NCBI GenBank assembly: GCA_000320545.1
Contig: ADNK01000342.1
Span: 1-64,000, forward strand
Length of the DNA stretch: 64,000 nt
DNA from: Bigelowiella natans CCMP2755
Taxonomy: Eukaryota; Protista; Cercozoa
Reading direction: 5' to 3'
Both the position numbers and the translations under genes were made by a program. The notes below the pieces were generated by a model. It was not told where the DNA came from and searched no databases. It worked only from the letters and a program-made list of their open reading frames with translations. This document shows positions 52,961-64,000 of the stretch, in pieces; the stretch's first letter is position 1, and each line of letters begins with the position of its first letter.

Positions 52961-55369
52961 CTTGTTTTGCACCTCCTCAAAGCCATGACCTACCATAAGG
53001 CACCTTAAGCTTTCCTGGTTCAAAAAGTAAGCTCGTGTCCTGAGAGGAAATAGAATATAACATCTCATATATCCGTACCAATAGCTGCCACTATTATTGC
53101 ATCAAGGAGCATGATGTAAGAAGAGACGCCCTTCACTCCACACAACGCACTTCTATCGTTTTACGACAGCACCAACTATTACCCATCTCCACGGATGTAT
53201 AGGTTCTGATCGAGGCAGCGATCAGGCTGAGCAATAACAATGATAACCATGGCAATGATGACGATACGGTTGGCTACGACTGAGACGCTGCTTAAAAATG
53301 CAGGATGGGAGGAAAGTACTCGCAAATCACTGGAAGAATAAATCCTATCGTCAATTCATCATCCCTTATACCTTGAAACGAAACTGGGTCAGATCGCCTT
53401 CAGCATAGTCGCGCAACAATACCATTCCTTGGTGAGAAGAAAGCACAAAAAGGCAGCAGCAGCAGCAGCAGCAGCAGCAGTTGCGGGGCAGAGGTTGTGT
53501 TGCAATAAAAGGAAGATACGAGCAAACGTTTGGGGGTTGGCTATTGAGAAGATTGGAGATGATGATAACGAGGATGATGCTGCTGATAATTACAGAAAAG
53601 CATTGCGCAAAAACGTATATATTAATATTGCAGATAATACCCCCAGGCCGTAGAAGACGATACGCATTTGCTATGGCAGCATTGATTTCGTCATATCCCA
53701 TTGCGGATAAAACGAAGATCCTACAAACGGAAGAAGGGAAATCTTAGCAGAGATAATACAAATCGATTGAGCAGCAACACTAATAAGGTAGTAATTCAAT
53801 GTTTCTCTTCTCTTTTTCTTTATCGTGGCCATTAGGATTGCTGCTCGCCCCTTCCCCTCGCTACCAGGTACACGCAACTTCTGTAATATTCTCCGTGAAG
53901 CAAGATAAAAAACGATTTGCGAGGTCGGAGTGAGCAAATCTTATTTTAATTTATACTGTTCGGAACAACTGTACATTATCACGATGTCGACTCCCTCGCT
54001 GAAAGGAACAACATCTATTGTAATGATAGCAGCATTCATAGCACAATCAGTGAAATAACAGTTTATGTAGGAGTGGCAATGAAAGCAGCGATTGTAGTAA
54101 TGATAGTAGCAGCAGCAGCAGCAGTAGTAGTAATAGTAGAAGTAGCAATGATTGTGCAGCATACCTGGAGATGAGACGTTGTGGACAAACACTTTGACTC
54201 TGTCTTCCTCGCCTGTTTTTTCACCATTCAAACAGGATTACGAATCAAGGGGAAGAACTGGCAGAATGATACACGTTTCAAGTGTGTACGACAGTTGGAG
54301 AGAACATCTAAGGATATCGTTGTCCTCTCCAGTGAAAGAATGTGGGGATTTTTGTGCTTTTATCATCCCCTTTTTTTAAGGGTAGAGGGAAGGATTGCAA
54401 TGCGTGTTGTATTCAGCCATTGTGGTAATTGTAAATCCTAGAGAGAGAAAGGGAGAAAGGGGGGTGGAATCGAAGGGGAGAAAAATTTATTACCTATTTC
54501 TGTGACTCTTCTTTGAACGCTAGCAACTTTATTTCCAATTTCGTGTGGAAAATTCAATAAGAGATCGCCGATGGAGGAAAGAGAAAGACATATATAAATA
54601 GAGAGGGGGGGGGGGAGAGGGGAGGAAATAGATCATCATGATTACTATTATAACATATTCCCTCAGGGCCTCTTAATAATCATATTTTTTGTGACAATCG
54701 CCCAGGTATTGAATCGAAGAAAACACGAGCGAGTTCTCGCATGCAGTCATTGTTATATTGCAGAAACAATAGAGTCATAGCAACAATCTGCCTTATTTCA
54801 ATCTGTAATTTAAGACATAGCACTAGGACATCGATTCGTAGAGAACACATCCATCGACGACTATGTGGATTTGAGAGGCATCTATCACCTGCTGCTTCTG
54901 AGAGATCACACCCGTAGTATCGTAGCTTTTCAGATCTAAGTTTGGAGAATTTGTGAGGAGGAATACGCCAGATAATACGACGGCATGATTTGTTAATTGC
55001 TTTTTGACAAATCAAGATGTCATATTTGATTTACGATATCACTATGTGGGAAAATTGCATGTCTCTATATGTGCTCAGCTAAGCATGAGCTCTACTGCAT
55101 TTCCCAATCACAGCTTTATGATAATCATCACTACCGCTACTATCATTGCAAACGATATTATCATTGTCGTTGTATCATCAATATTGAACAAGAGCATCAA
55201 CAACCAATGACCTTATGCCCTTGAGAATAGGAATCAGAGTGCTGCCTGCCTACAAAGAGACGATTATACACAACAATAACAACAACAACAACAACAACAT
55301 GGATGATAAGGTCTTGGTGGTGATAGCTGCTGAGGGTCAAATACCAGAAACTTGATTTATTTTTCGTCC

Positions 55370-55440
<71 letters not shown>

Positions 55441-56429
55441 TGCGTGTCGTACATCAGGCACCAACAGTTTTAAAGGGAAATCAGTACCCCGCACCCCATT
55501 TCGAAAATACGATGCAAATCAGAGTAGTCTCCTTCATCGCCATCATCCTCCTTTTCCCTTTCACCGCCGGTATCCACTCGATCTTCCCCTTCCAGATTCA
55601 TCAGATGTCTTCCTCCTCTTCTGGCTCTTGACGCTGATTCGATAACGACGATGATATTGGTGATGATGATAGTGGTGGTGGTAGTGCTACATACAATATA
55701 CTACGCTCATAGTCACAACAACTTTGAGCTATCGATAATAGTCTAGCACCTCTAAATACTTGAGGGTCAATCTCAGGAAAGTCTTTGAGAATCCATTTTC
55801 GATCCTTAAAAAAGCGCTCTTCACTCTGCCTGCCAACATCATGTTCAACACCCGTGGCCATTAGTCACGTAGCAGCAGCAGCAAGCAGCTCAAAATTGAG
55901 GAAAGAGGGAACGATGGCACATTAAAGACTACAAGAATGAGATAAAATAGTGTTGGCGGAAGAAGAGAGAACAACCTGTAAAAACGGTTCCAGTGCTGAC
56001 TGGACAACTTGCGTGCTTCCTCTCTAAAACATATCACCCAAAAGTGGATAAGGCCTCATATGGTAAAGAACAGCAACAAGGTTATAATTCAAATGAGATA
56101 CAAGGCGACGATAGCGCACAAAAGATGTTGAAGTTAATCATTCAATGAGATTTGTCTGGGTGCTGTGCATCATACGTTCGGAGTTGTCTTTGATCCTCAG
56201 GGAAACCGTTTAAATACGACAGGTCATTTGCAACCTGCGGCAGGTAACACCGATAAGTGACGGCAGAGGAGATGGTAAGTGGCAATAGAATCAGAAGAGC
56301 TTTTGGGGGAGGGGGTTGATCAAACTTTTTTCGAAAAATTTCTTTGATATTCCTCTGGGAGCGGCACATCGTCCCAGCCATTGAACTGCCATACATCGTC
56401 GTCGGAATTTAAGTACCTGAAACAAAGCG

Positions 56430-56476
<47 letters not shown>

Positions 56477-57055
56477 TTTCAAGTAATTAGAAGTAAACAG
56501 GCGTTCTAGTCGGTACTCACCTCTGGAGTTTGGAAGAAAGAACAAAGTCATCTTCAAGGTCTTATACCCTATCACATTTATATTCTTCTTCTTCTTCTTC
56601 CTTCTCCTCGCAATTAATTTTTTCGTCTTCCTCTTCCTTACTGAAGGGAGAAAATACCTGGTTCCCCAAGGTCCACTGTTGTTCTTCGCGCTTTCGCTGC
56701 GGTCGGTACCTGTAAATGGTGCTTCTTCTCCCTTCGCATCCTCCTCACCCCTCCCCCCTCCGACGCATCTCGGAACGAATTTATAGCGCCTTAGGCTCCG
56801 CGATCCAAACGGTTTGAAGCTAGGATGGCGAATAGAATCGTAGCAGGTTGACCATCCATGCTCTAGTGCAACATTGACACATCGTTGTTGATTCTCCTCA
56901 GCTGATTTTCCTGTTCCTAGAGCTATGATGATGACTGCTGAACCCAGCAAGCATTTATGAAGGGGGTGGCAATGGAAACGATTGTGTGTTGAGGACTTCA
57001 CACCACAACCACGATGATGTGTGCAGTGGGGGGAAGGGGAGGCGCTGCTCGGCAT
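52525..57055 (-). CDS. METTL2: tRNA N3-methylcytidine (m3C32) methyltransferase, METTL2/METTL6/Trm140 family; start uncertain
   Basis: GPWGTR|YLNSDDDVWQFNGWDDV, FFKDRKWILKDFPEI, IFEMGCG|AGSTLIPIL, YYGCDLS, IFVLSAM, LLRPG|GMVLLRDYAEGDLTQFRF, NLYIRGDG|TRAYF and NRKQRKLMHRVMLQGKYVKPR*. Confidence 0.9.
52886..52960. repeat. Intronic (CTA/CCA)n microsatellite
   Basis: Directly visible. Confidence 0.95.
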
Positions 57056-57114
57056 TTGGGCACTCGCAGAAAAAACAGAGGGGATTCATCGGTGAAGACC
57101 TGGTAAAATACTTG

Positions 57115-57940
57115 TCGAATGTGATCAAACCCATCTCACCATCACGTTCAATTTTCATGTCAGAAACATCTGCCACTAGTAGAGATTTCGCAAAGAACTT
57201 TCATCACCAAGACATTGGTGAGACCTTCATTGGAGCATGCAGAGGCAGTGTGGAGTGGAGTCCTTGAGTCCTTTTCTTTCCAATTGATGCATGATGGACG
57301 TCTTCGTCTGGAAGGGGTGCGACAGCTAGTGTGCCGACTTCAAAATCTTGCTGGTCTTCACCAGTCAGTCCTCACTAGAGCTAGTTCGAGGCACTGCCTT
57401 TCGTGCATTGTGCGACTTTGTCTTGAAACACTTTGGAAACGTTGTTTTTCATCATTGTCTTTGTCTTTGCGAGTTCAACCGCAGGGTCCGTGCTCCCACC
57501 AATGCCAACTTGCTTCGCAGCTCGCACACGTCCATCAAACCCGACATCCTCACTACCTTGACACCAGTGTGACCCGTCGCGGCATGATTGTGTGCATGCG
57601 ATGACTGCGCGTGATCAATGCGCATTCGTTGGAAGTCAATCCACATCGTTTTTTGTGCTCAACAATGAGCTTCTTTGTCTTGTTGGACACACATGCACCA
57701 TTCCAATTGAACGTGTTTTTTCAATGGCACGCCTGCTGTGATCAGTGTTGTGTTGGGGTTCATTTAGCTGTCGTTTGTGCGTGCATGTCCATGTGTGTTT
57801 GTGTGCATGTGCGACACGCAGAGTGCACTTGAAATGTGGCCACATGAAATTTCCATTTGCTTTTGTGAGTGTCAAGTTGCGTCATTTGACATGCATGTGT
57901 CTCTTGCGATGGGGATGTGCTAGAACTTGAAGTAGCTAGT
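57115..57940 (+). mobile_element. Degenerate LINE reverse-transcriptase C-terminal relic plus mutated flank; TpA-depleted
   Basis: 57206-57260 reads TKTLVRPSLEHAEAVWSG. This is the conserved LINE ORF2 motif (Y)KTLVRPxLEYAxxVWS with Tyr replaced by His (CAT at 57236-57238). Confidence 0.78.
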
Positions 57941-58014
57941 TTTGTGGGGAGCGAATTCTAAAATGACGATGATGTGATGATGAGTCTTTGTCATTTGTTC
58001 TCATGGAGGATTTC

Positions 58015-58390
58015 TCAGGTCGCCACCGATCCATATGATTTTCTAGAACTTCTATCCAACATCAGCGAATTTTTCACCATGAAGCCTTTCCCACCCTATT
58101 TGTGTTTAACATCAGCTATGCACAAATTTAATACAATATGGCTACAGCTGCTGCTCAATTAGATAGAAGGATACGAGGTGTATATGGCTTTGAAAATAAC
58201 CTTCTTGTTCATGTAGTATGGTGTAAGAAGCTAAGCATAACTCACCTTGGATCCATAGTTCTTACTTCCTTTTCTACTAAAGGGGTTTTTATGCTCTACA
58301 ACACATTTCTCTTCCTCTTTGTTGTCGTGCGCGCTGATTTCATCTAAGCCGTTCGGTTTGGTGGAGCTTATTCGCTGAGATACGCGCGCG

Positions 58391-58462
<72 letters not shown>

Positions 58463-58962
58463 TAAATAATGATGAAGATAGTGGCAAAGACGTATCTTGC
58501 TCTGGAAGTTACTTTAGGTGATAACTTCGTGTCCATTTCCGAGAAACTTACACTCGCCATTCATCTACTGTTTACTCTCTCATCTTCAAATGCATCTCTA
58601 TTTGTGGTATGAAAACCCATTTCCCTGTCTAGCTAACGCGAACAGAAACCCCCTTATCACGAAATATAGTATGATAATCAGCAGCAGCAGCAGCTGCAGC
58701 AGCACCACCACCACCACCAACAACAACATTAAATCACCTTAAAATCGATTTGTATGTCTTTGGGATAAAACACGGGAGCCGGTAACGTTTTGGAGAGGGC
58801 ACCGTAGTCAAACGTGCTGCAAGGTTGATCGACGAGCAAGATGTAGCATGTAGAAGAAGCAATCAACAAGAAAACCATCAAGCGTGCGGATATACATTGA
58901 GAACAGTATTAAAAATATCAGTTGTAATTTTTTTTTATATGCTTGTATCCATCTTATCCTTG

Positions 58963-58999
<37 letters not shown>

Positions 59000-59483
59000 G
59001 GCGTCGCCGTGGCACCATTGATAAAGTTAAGATAAGGTTATGCATATGATGTTGTCATTTGTTGGTCCGTCTCTCTGATGAGTATGATTTGTTGCTAGAA
59101 CGATGAACTTACGTGAGGTTGATATCTTCAAAATACTTAACCTAATTCATTTATTGATACTATCGTTATTTTTAATATCTTTTCAAAATGTTTGCTGTTA
59201 CTTCCCTCTCCTATGTGTGGTATCAGAAAAACGCTTCATGCGGCAGAACTCACTCATATAATCCCATTCGTCATCATAGAAGCAGCATATTGATTCTTCT
59301 ATCACCTGATCCATAAACTTATACCCGTACTCGATATCCTCCGCGAAGTAACCGGTAGTTTTGACAAGCTACGTTTGTATTGCAACAAAGGGATGCGTTA
59401 TTGATGATCATCGTAGTAGAAAAAAGAAGGAAAGCGGTCAAGTGACACATCTGACGTAAATCAGGATGTGTGTGCGTTTTATT

Positions 59484-59516
<33 letters not shown>

Positions 59517-62500
59517 CAACTAGGCCTTTTGAGAAGCTCATTTGGTACATTGAGCCGATAAATACACGTGCTCATTGTTGCTGCTGTTCCGACCTGTTCC
59601 TCCGTAATAGCGTCGACTCCCATCACCGTGACGTAAATCATGCTTTTAACCTAAATCATTCCTTGGATGTTATCTTTTGTTCGTCAATGGACGATGTGTA
59701 GTCGTAAAGAAACATTATGCTTCGTATAAGCACTCCCCCTCCCTTTCTGGTAAGGTGTAGAAGAGGGTAATATTGGAAGAAAACAGGAAGGATGACCAGC
59801 CTTTAAAGGCTTTCTTTATGCTTCAACAAATCAATATACAAACTAATGCAAATGGTTACTCTTAAAAATGCTAGCACTGCAACATGCATGATTTACAACC
59901 TCTTTGATCTCGTCGTAGGTTTGGTAAAATAAGGGACTGTCGGGGTCGATTCGGTGCTAGAAAATGAATAGGAGGAAGGATGAAATGGTTGTTCACAAAT
60001 AAAGACTGGTAGATCAAGCGAAAGAAACTGTAAGTGAGCATGTAAGAAGAAGGCTACAACCACTGATTGAATCTGCATTCTTGCAAATCAGTGTGAAGTT
60101 ACACTGCTATTATTGTGATGGTGCTATAAATGGCTTTTCTCGCCTCATCGGCTAGATGATTCACTGTGATCTCAGAAGTTATCTTAGTGTCATCGTCGTA
60201 GCCATCTTCTATCTTTACTTATTTTCTACCTGAATAGTCCAGACATCTCTTAACTCGAACCTAGAGTCAATAACCTATGTGTTGAGATGAGGAGAGAAGA
60301 AGCATGGAAATCAAGCACTATCCCGACAATAAGAAAAACATACAATGGAATGCATTTGTAGAAGTTTAGCAGTTTTAGATTCTACACATTACTAAATCAA
60401 GCTGATGCACAGCTCGGAACATCTTCCCTTGGTCATCCAGTTCCCTACGAACACCGACACACAGGTATAGCGAAACATGAAATATTAATGGGAGCAAATA
60501 CTTTACAGAACCACCACACAGCTTAGCTAGAAAGGGATATGGGATGGCTCATATGCTTCATTTTTCTCTCTAGCTTTTTTTTTCCCTTCTTCTCTTTTTT
60601 TTCTTCTTATACTATCTTCCTCATTATTACGTCCGCTTTAAGAACATCGTCGCGGTGACACTGTGCATGTTATTGAATTCCCCGTCGATATTGCCTGTAT
60701 GTAGAAGCTTGTGTTTCATATCTATTATGATATACGCTTTCAGTGACTACACAATGTTCAACTCACCAAAACGGACACAAAGAGTAGGAACATCTCGCAC
60801 GTTATAAACCTGGATCAAAGGTATCGTGTATCGTGATGATGCAACTACTACAACAACAACAAAACTACTACTACTACTACAACTACTGCTACAACTTCTA
60901 CTTATCCTACCACGATGACGTCCGAAAAGGCAAACTTCCACCTTGGTTTAATAAACTTCGTGAACACGACACCTATGTTGAATATGAAATTGTCGATAGA
61001 ATGTCAGTCGAACATCGTCCAGAACCAAGAAAAGACCATCACACAAACTAGTTTACCGGCAAAAATGGTGGTGATGATCAAGTTATGGATCCCTAATAAA
61101 GAATATCCATAATCAAAATAAAATAAAATTTGATATTAAATATGCTTAATAGGTCATGATAATTCCAGTCAAAGCTGACAGAATCCAGAAAAATCATATG
61201 TTAGTAGATTTTCTCATATTTGTATCCCTCTACCCTCCCCGTCTCCCCATCCAGATTATCCGGATCGTGAAGTTTTTGGGTTTTCTTGTCAATATTGTGC
61301 AAATAAGACTCAAGTAATAATAATCATCACCACGGCCACTTAGCCTACCTTGAAAAAAATTGATGATGTTCGCTGCTGTGCCGTGGGGATATAATTCTCC
61401 ATAGCTGATATTAAAACAAACAAAAGGAAGCAACGGCATCCCGACATCAACAATTGGCATTGAATGAAGGTTGTTCTCATATTTGATCATACTATTTTTA
61501 ACCTATGTTCTCATTTGGCTTCCCCTACCCCCCCTCCTCTACGTTCTTTAGTGTAAACAATATCAAGACGTGACAACCCTGTTGTGGTGAAAGTCTGGAA
61601 TGAAAAATTGAAGTTATCCCAAAAGTTGTTTGTCTCGTCGCAACAGCCTCCGACCAAGGTGAAGATCCTGAAGAATGACCAGAATGCCAATATTGGATGG
61701 AATAAAAATAAAGGAAAGTGAAAGTGATTATCATATGCTGTATAGTGCTAGGAAATGTGATTCATAAAGTAGAGCAACTAATCGGCTAGCCTGGCTCCTC
61801 TCCCCCTCCGTTTCCTTCATCATTCTTCATCTTCTTTTTCATCTTCCCTCACTTACAGGGCGAAGACAACGTTGACGATGAAAATATAAAGTGTCATCTC
61901 GAAGAGGACTACGCCAAGATGGCCCTGGTGAAGAGGTAAAGGAGGAAAAGAAAGACGATACCGACGAAGACGAAAGTCGAGCAAATTATTGGCAGGAAGG
62001 CACCAATGCAAGATCGAAAAATCACATTTACGGATGGGAAGTTTGTGAGGAAGAATAAATAGAAGAAAAATAGAGAAGAAATACCATGAGAATGTGCTTA
62101 AATATTCTTCCAGTCAATCCAGAGTCCTATGGGTTATACATTTGTGTTATAAATCGAGAGAGGATCGTTCGAGTAAGCCGTAAAACTATCACCTTAACAT
62201 TTAAGTTCTTGCTATCCCAATTTAAACGTTTTTCTCTGCTAGATGTCGTTCGCGTATTGACACCTACAAACAAGGAGAATATGGTCACCACCCATGGCAA
62301 TTATTCTAAAAAATCATTTGTATGGATTAAAAGAAACTCTTTTGTCTTTCGTAAATTGAAGAGTGCAGATTTTGCAGGGTAAGGTCAGTTTGTTGCTGTC
62401 ATCAGAAAAATAATGACAGAACCTTGAACGAGATAGAGTGTTTTTCCATTGCAATCGTAGGTTTTCTTCACGTCCTTGACCCTCCCTCTTTTCCTGTGTA

Positions 62501-62757
62501 ATGTAATTGATTTGTTTGCCGGATTACTGTATGCATGTGAATGTGGACTGCTCACTCTTTGTAGATGCGTTCTTTCGTAGAGAATGAAGACTGGCGTTGT
62601 AGGTTCTTAGATTTACGATGCTGAACAAAGTGGCGGCGATTGATATCACTAGCCACAGCCCCGCTGGATGTCGCTGCCCTGATAATCGAATGACTACATC
62701 AATACAGGCTTAAAACAAGTAATGAATACACGTGTCTGATTCTTACACATGCGACAT
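58015..62757 (-). CDS. Inward-rectifier-type potassium channel (Kir family), multi-exon; both ends approximate
   Basis: TM1 VLFEMTLYIFIVNVVFAL, pore NFWDNFNFSFQTFTTTG|YGELYP (~61400-61635), GVVFTKFIKPR, VYNVRDVPTLCVRF, IYVTVMGVDAITEEQ|LVKTTGYFAEDIEYG and FDYGALSKT. These are the Kir pore and cytoplasmic-domain motifs in the expected order. Confidence 0.85.
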
Positions 62758-63407
62758 CGCAATGGTTCGATAAGATTGATGCCCGCTTCCGGCGTTTTCT
62801 CGTTTTCTTCGTTTTAGAAACTTAATCGAGGATTCCCCTGTCCCCACGTTGGGGGGGAAGAGCACCAAATTGGATTTGGGTTTGAACTTGAAAACTTATG
62901 AACTTAAAACGCTACGATCAAGTCGCTCGAGGTAAACGCAAGGGCGCTCGTACAGATGTGCTCTTTAGTGAGTCGTAGGATAAAATTGGCCATGAATATG
63001 AACTTGAGACATGGTCAACGGTGGCGACGTGGTGGATACGGTACAGCCGTACCGGAATTTAGGAAATCTACCCCTACAGTTGAAGGCCTCTTTTGGTCAT
63101 TTTCAGTTAAAAATACACGTCGCAGTAGAGATACCGTCTGCGTTGCTAGTGTTGAGCCGCACCGCGTGGAGATATTACAACTGAAGAATCAGAGGTTGGG
63201 GTTTGGGTACCAGCCTGTGATGCGGCGAAGAGAATGATGATGATGATGATGACAATGATGATGATGAAGAGTGTGAAAACTTACCAAGTGTTACATGTAA
63301 AAATTCAGTGTAATACTTGAATGTTAGTTCACTGTTTTCATCGAATTTCCATATGGATCATCTTATGAAATGTGATTTGCCATGTGTTACTCACTCTTGC
63401 AGAAGAT

Positions 63408-64000
63408 ATGTTCGCTCGCACTTTCCGCGTCCCCGCCTCCAAAATCAAGCAGTTTGCTAAGAAGAACTCCAAGTTCCTTAGCATGGTATAAACGATGGAA
63501 GTGATTTACACTGTCTATCATGTTTTGCAAAACAGTTCCCCAATAACTTCGCTACATTTGTTTAAAAGGGAGCTGTTGCTGGAGGCGTTGGATTAGCTGT
63601 TCTGGCTAACTGCACAGAAGTAGCTCGGGCAGACGAGAAGCCAATGTTCGTTATCAACGGTAATAAGCGTTGGTATTTCAACTTGAGCCGTTCATACGAG
63701 AATACACAGTGATGATAATGATGTAGATTATTCGTTTTCACATATCGGTCTAAACATATCCCAATAAATTCGTTAGGGTTCTACATGCAAATGCGCGAAG
63801 CTTACACTGCTCCAGGAAAATCTATCCACTTTATGACTGTGGAATGGCCTGAGTCTGCCCTTGCTTGGGAAGGTGCTGCTCCCGTGGGATTATGATCCTC
63901 TGCAATGTTGTTTCAACTGAGCATACCAATGCTGACTTTCTTGCCTTACTGAGGGCGTGGTTTGGAAGGCATCGTTTTATTTTCCGTTGTCCCTAGAACT
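63408..64000 (+). CDS. Nucleoside-diphosphate-kinase-like protein (algal/protist type) with mitochondrial-type presequence; partial
   Basis: Exons MFARTFRVPASKIKQFAKKNSKFLSM|GAVAGGVGLAVLANCTEVARADEKPMFVING|FYMQMREAYTAPGKSIHFMTVEWPESALAWE. The FVINGFYM.MR..IH...VEW motif is recalled from protist NDK-like proteins. The catalytic region lies outside the window. Confidence 0.6.

Noticed and set aside
40589-57055. Functional cluster of two tRNA anticodon-loop modification genes
   Set aside because: They are separated by unrelated DENND6 with no shared regulatory evidence, so the proximity is probably coincidence.
30940-57940. Classical RIP or CpG deamination as the cause of the TG/CA-rich islands
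   Set aside because: RIP would increase TA, and CpG decay would remove CG. Here TA is lost, CG is plentiful and conserved Tyr codons are the ones changed. A few CG->TG/CA differences exist but are minor.
1-64000. Many ORF-track entries with poly-H/T, C/V, Y/I, L, S, M or E/R runs
   Set aside because: They are translations of intronic microsatellites, not proteins.
1-64000. CRISPR arrays, rRNA/tRNA genes, selenoprotein UGA/SECIS, viral inserts
   Set aside because: None recognisable by eye. tRNAscan-SE, Infernal and SECISearch would be needed to exclude them formally.

Overview
A gene-dense, intron-rich eukaryotic (protist or algal) genomic window with GT-AG introns, many of them filled with microsatellites. 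The style resembles a chlorarachniophyte, but the organism cannot be proven from this sequence. Most ORF-track entries are microsatellite noise, so I rebuilt the genes by manual exon stitching. About 12 protein-coding genes emerge: an EAG/HCN/CNG-type channel (partial), a YbhE/Pgl-type lactonase, a hypothetical protein, a two-domain ependymin/LolA-like membrane protein, an M20D amidohydrolase, a CTFxPxI-repeat protein, an EF-hand/Tudor/OTU/SAM deubiquitinase, a spliced tRNA 2-selenouridine synthase (SelU/MnmH), DENND6, a METTL2/6-type tRNA m3C methyltransferase, a Kir channel and an NDK-like protein (partial). There are also three non-LTR retrotransposon relics. The most striking signal is that all three relics are almost stripped of TpA while keeping CpG. 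Conserved Tyr codons have become His or Cys, sibling copies carry TG or CA at the same TA site, and the surviving TAs sit mostly in CTA/TAG. This points to a repeat-targeted TpA->TpG/CpA hypermutation process, opposite in direction to fungal RIP. Exon boundaries and counts were done by eye and are approximate.
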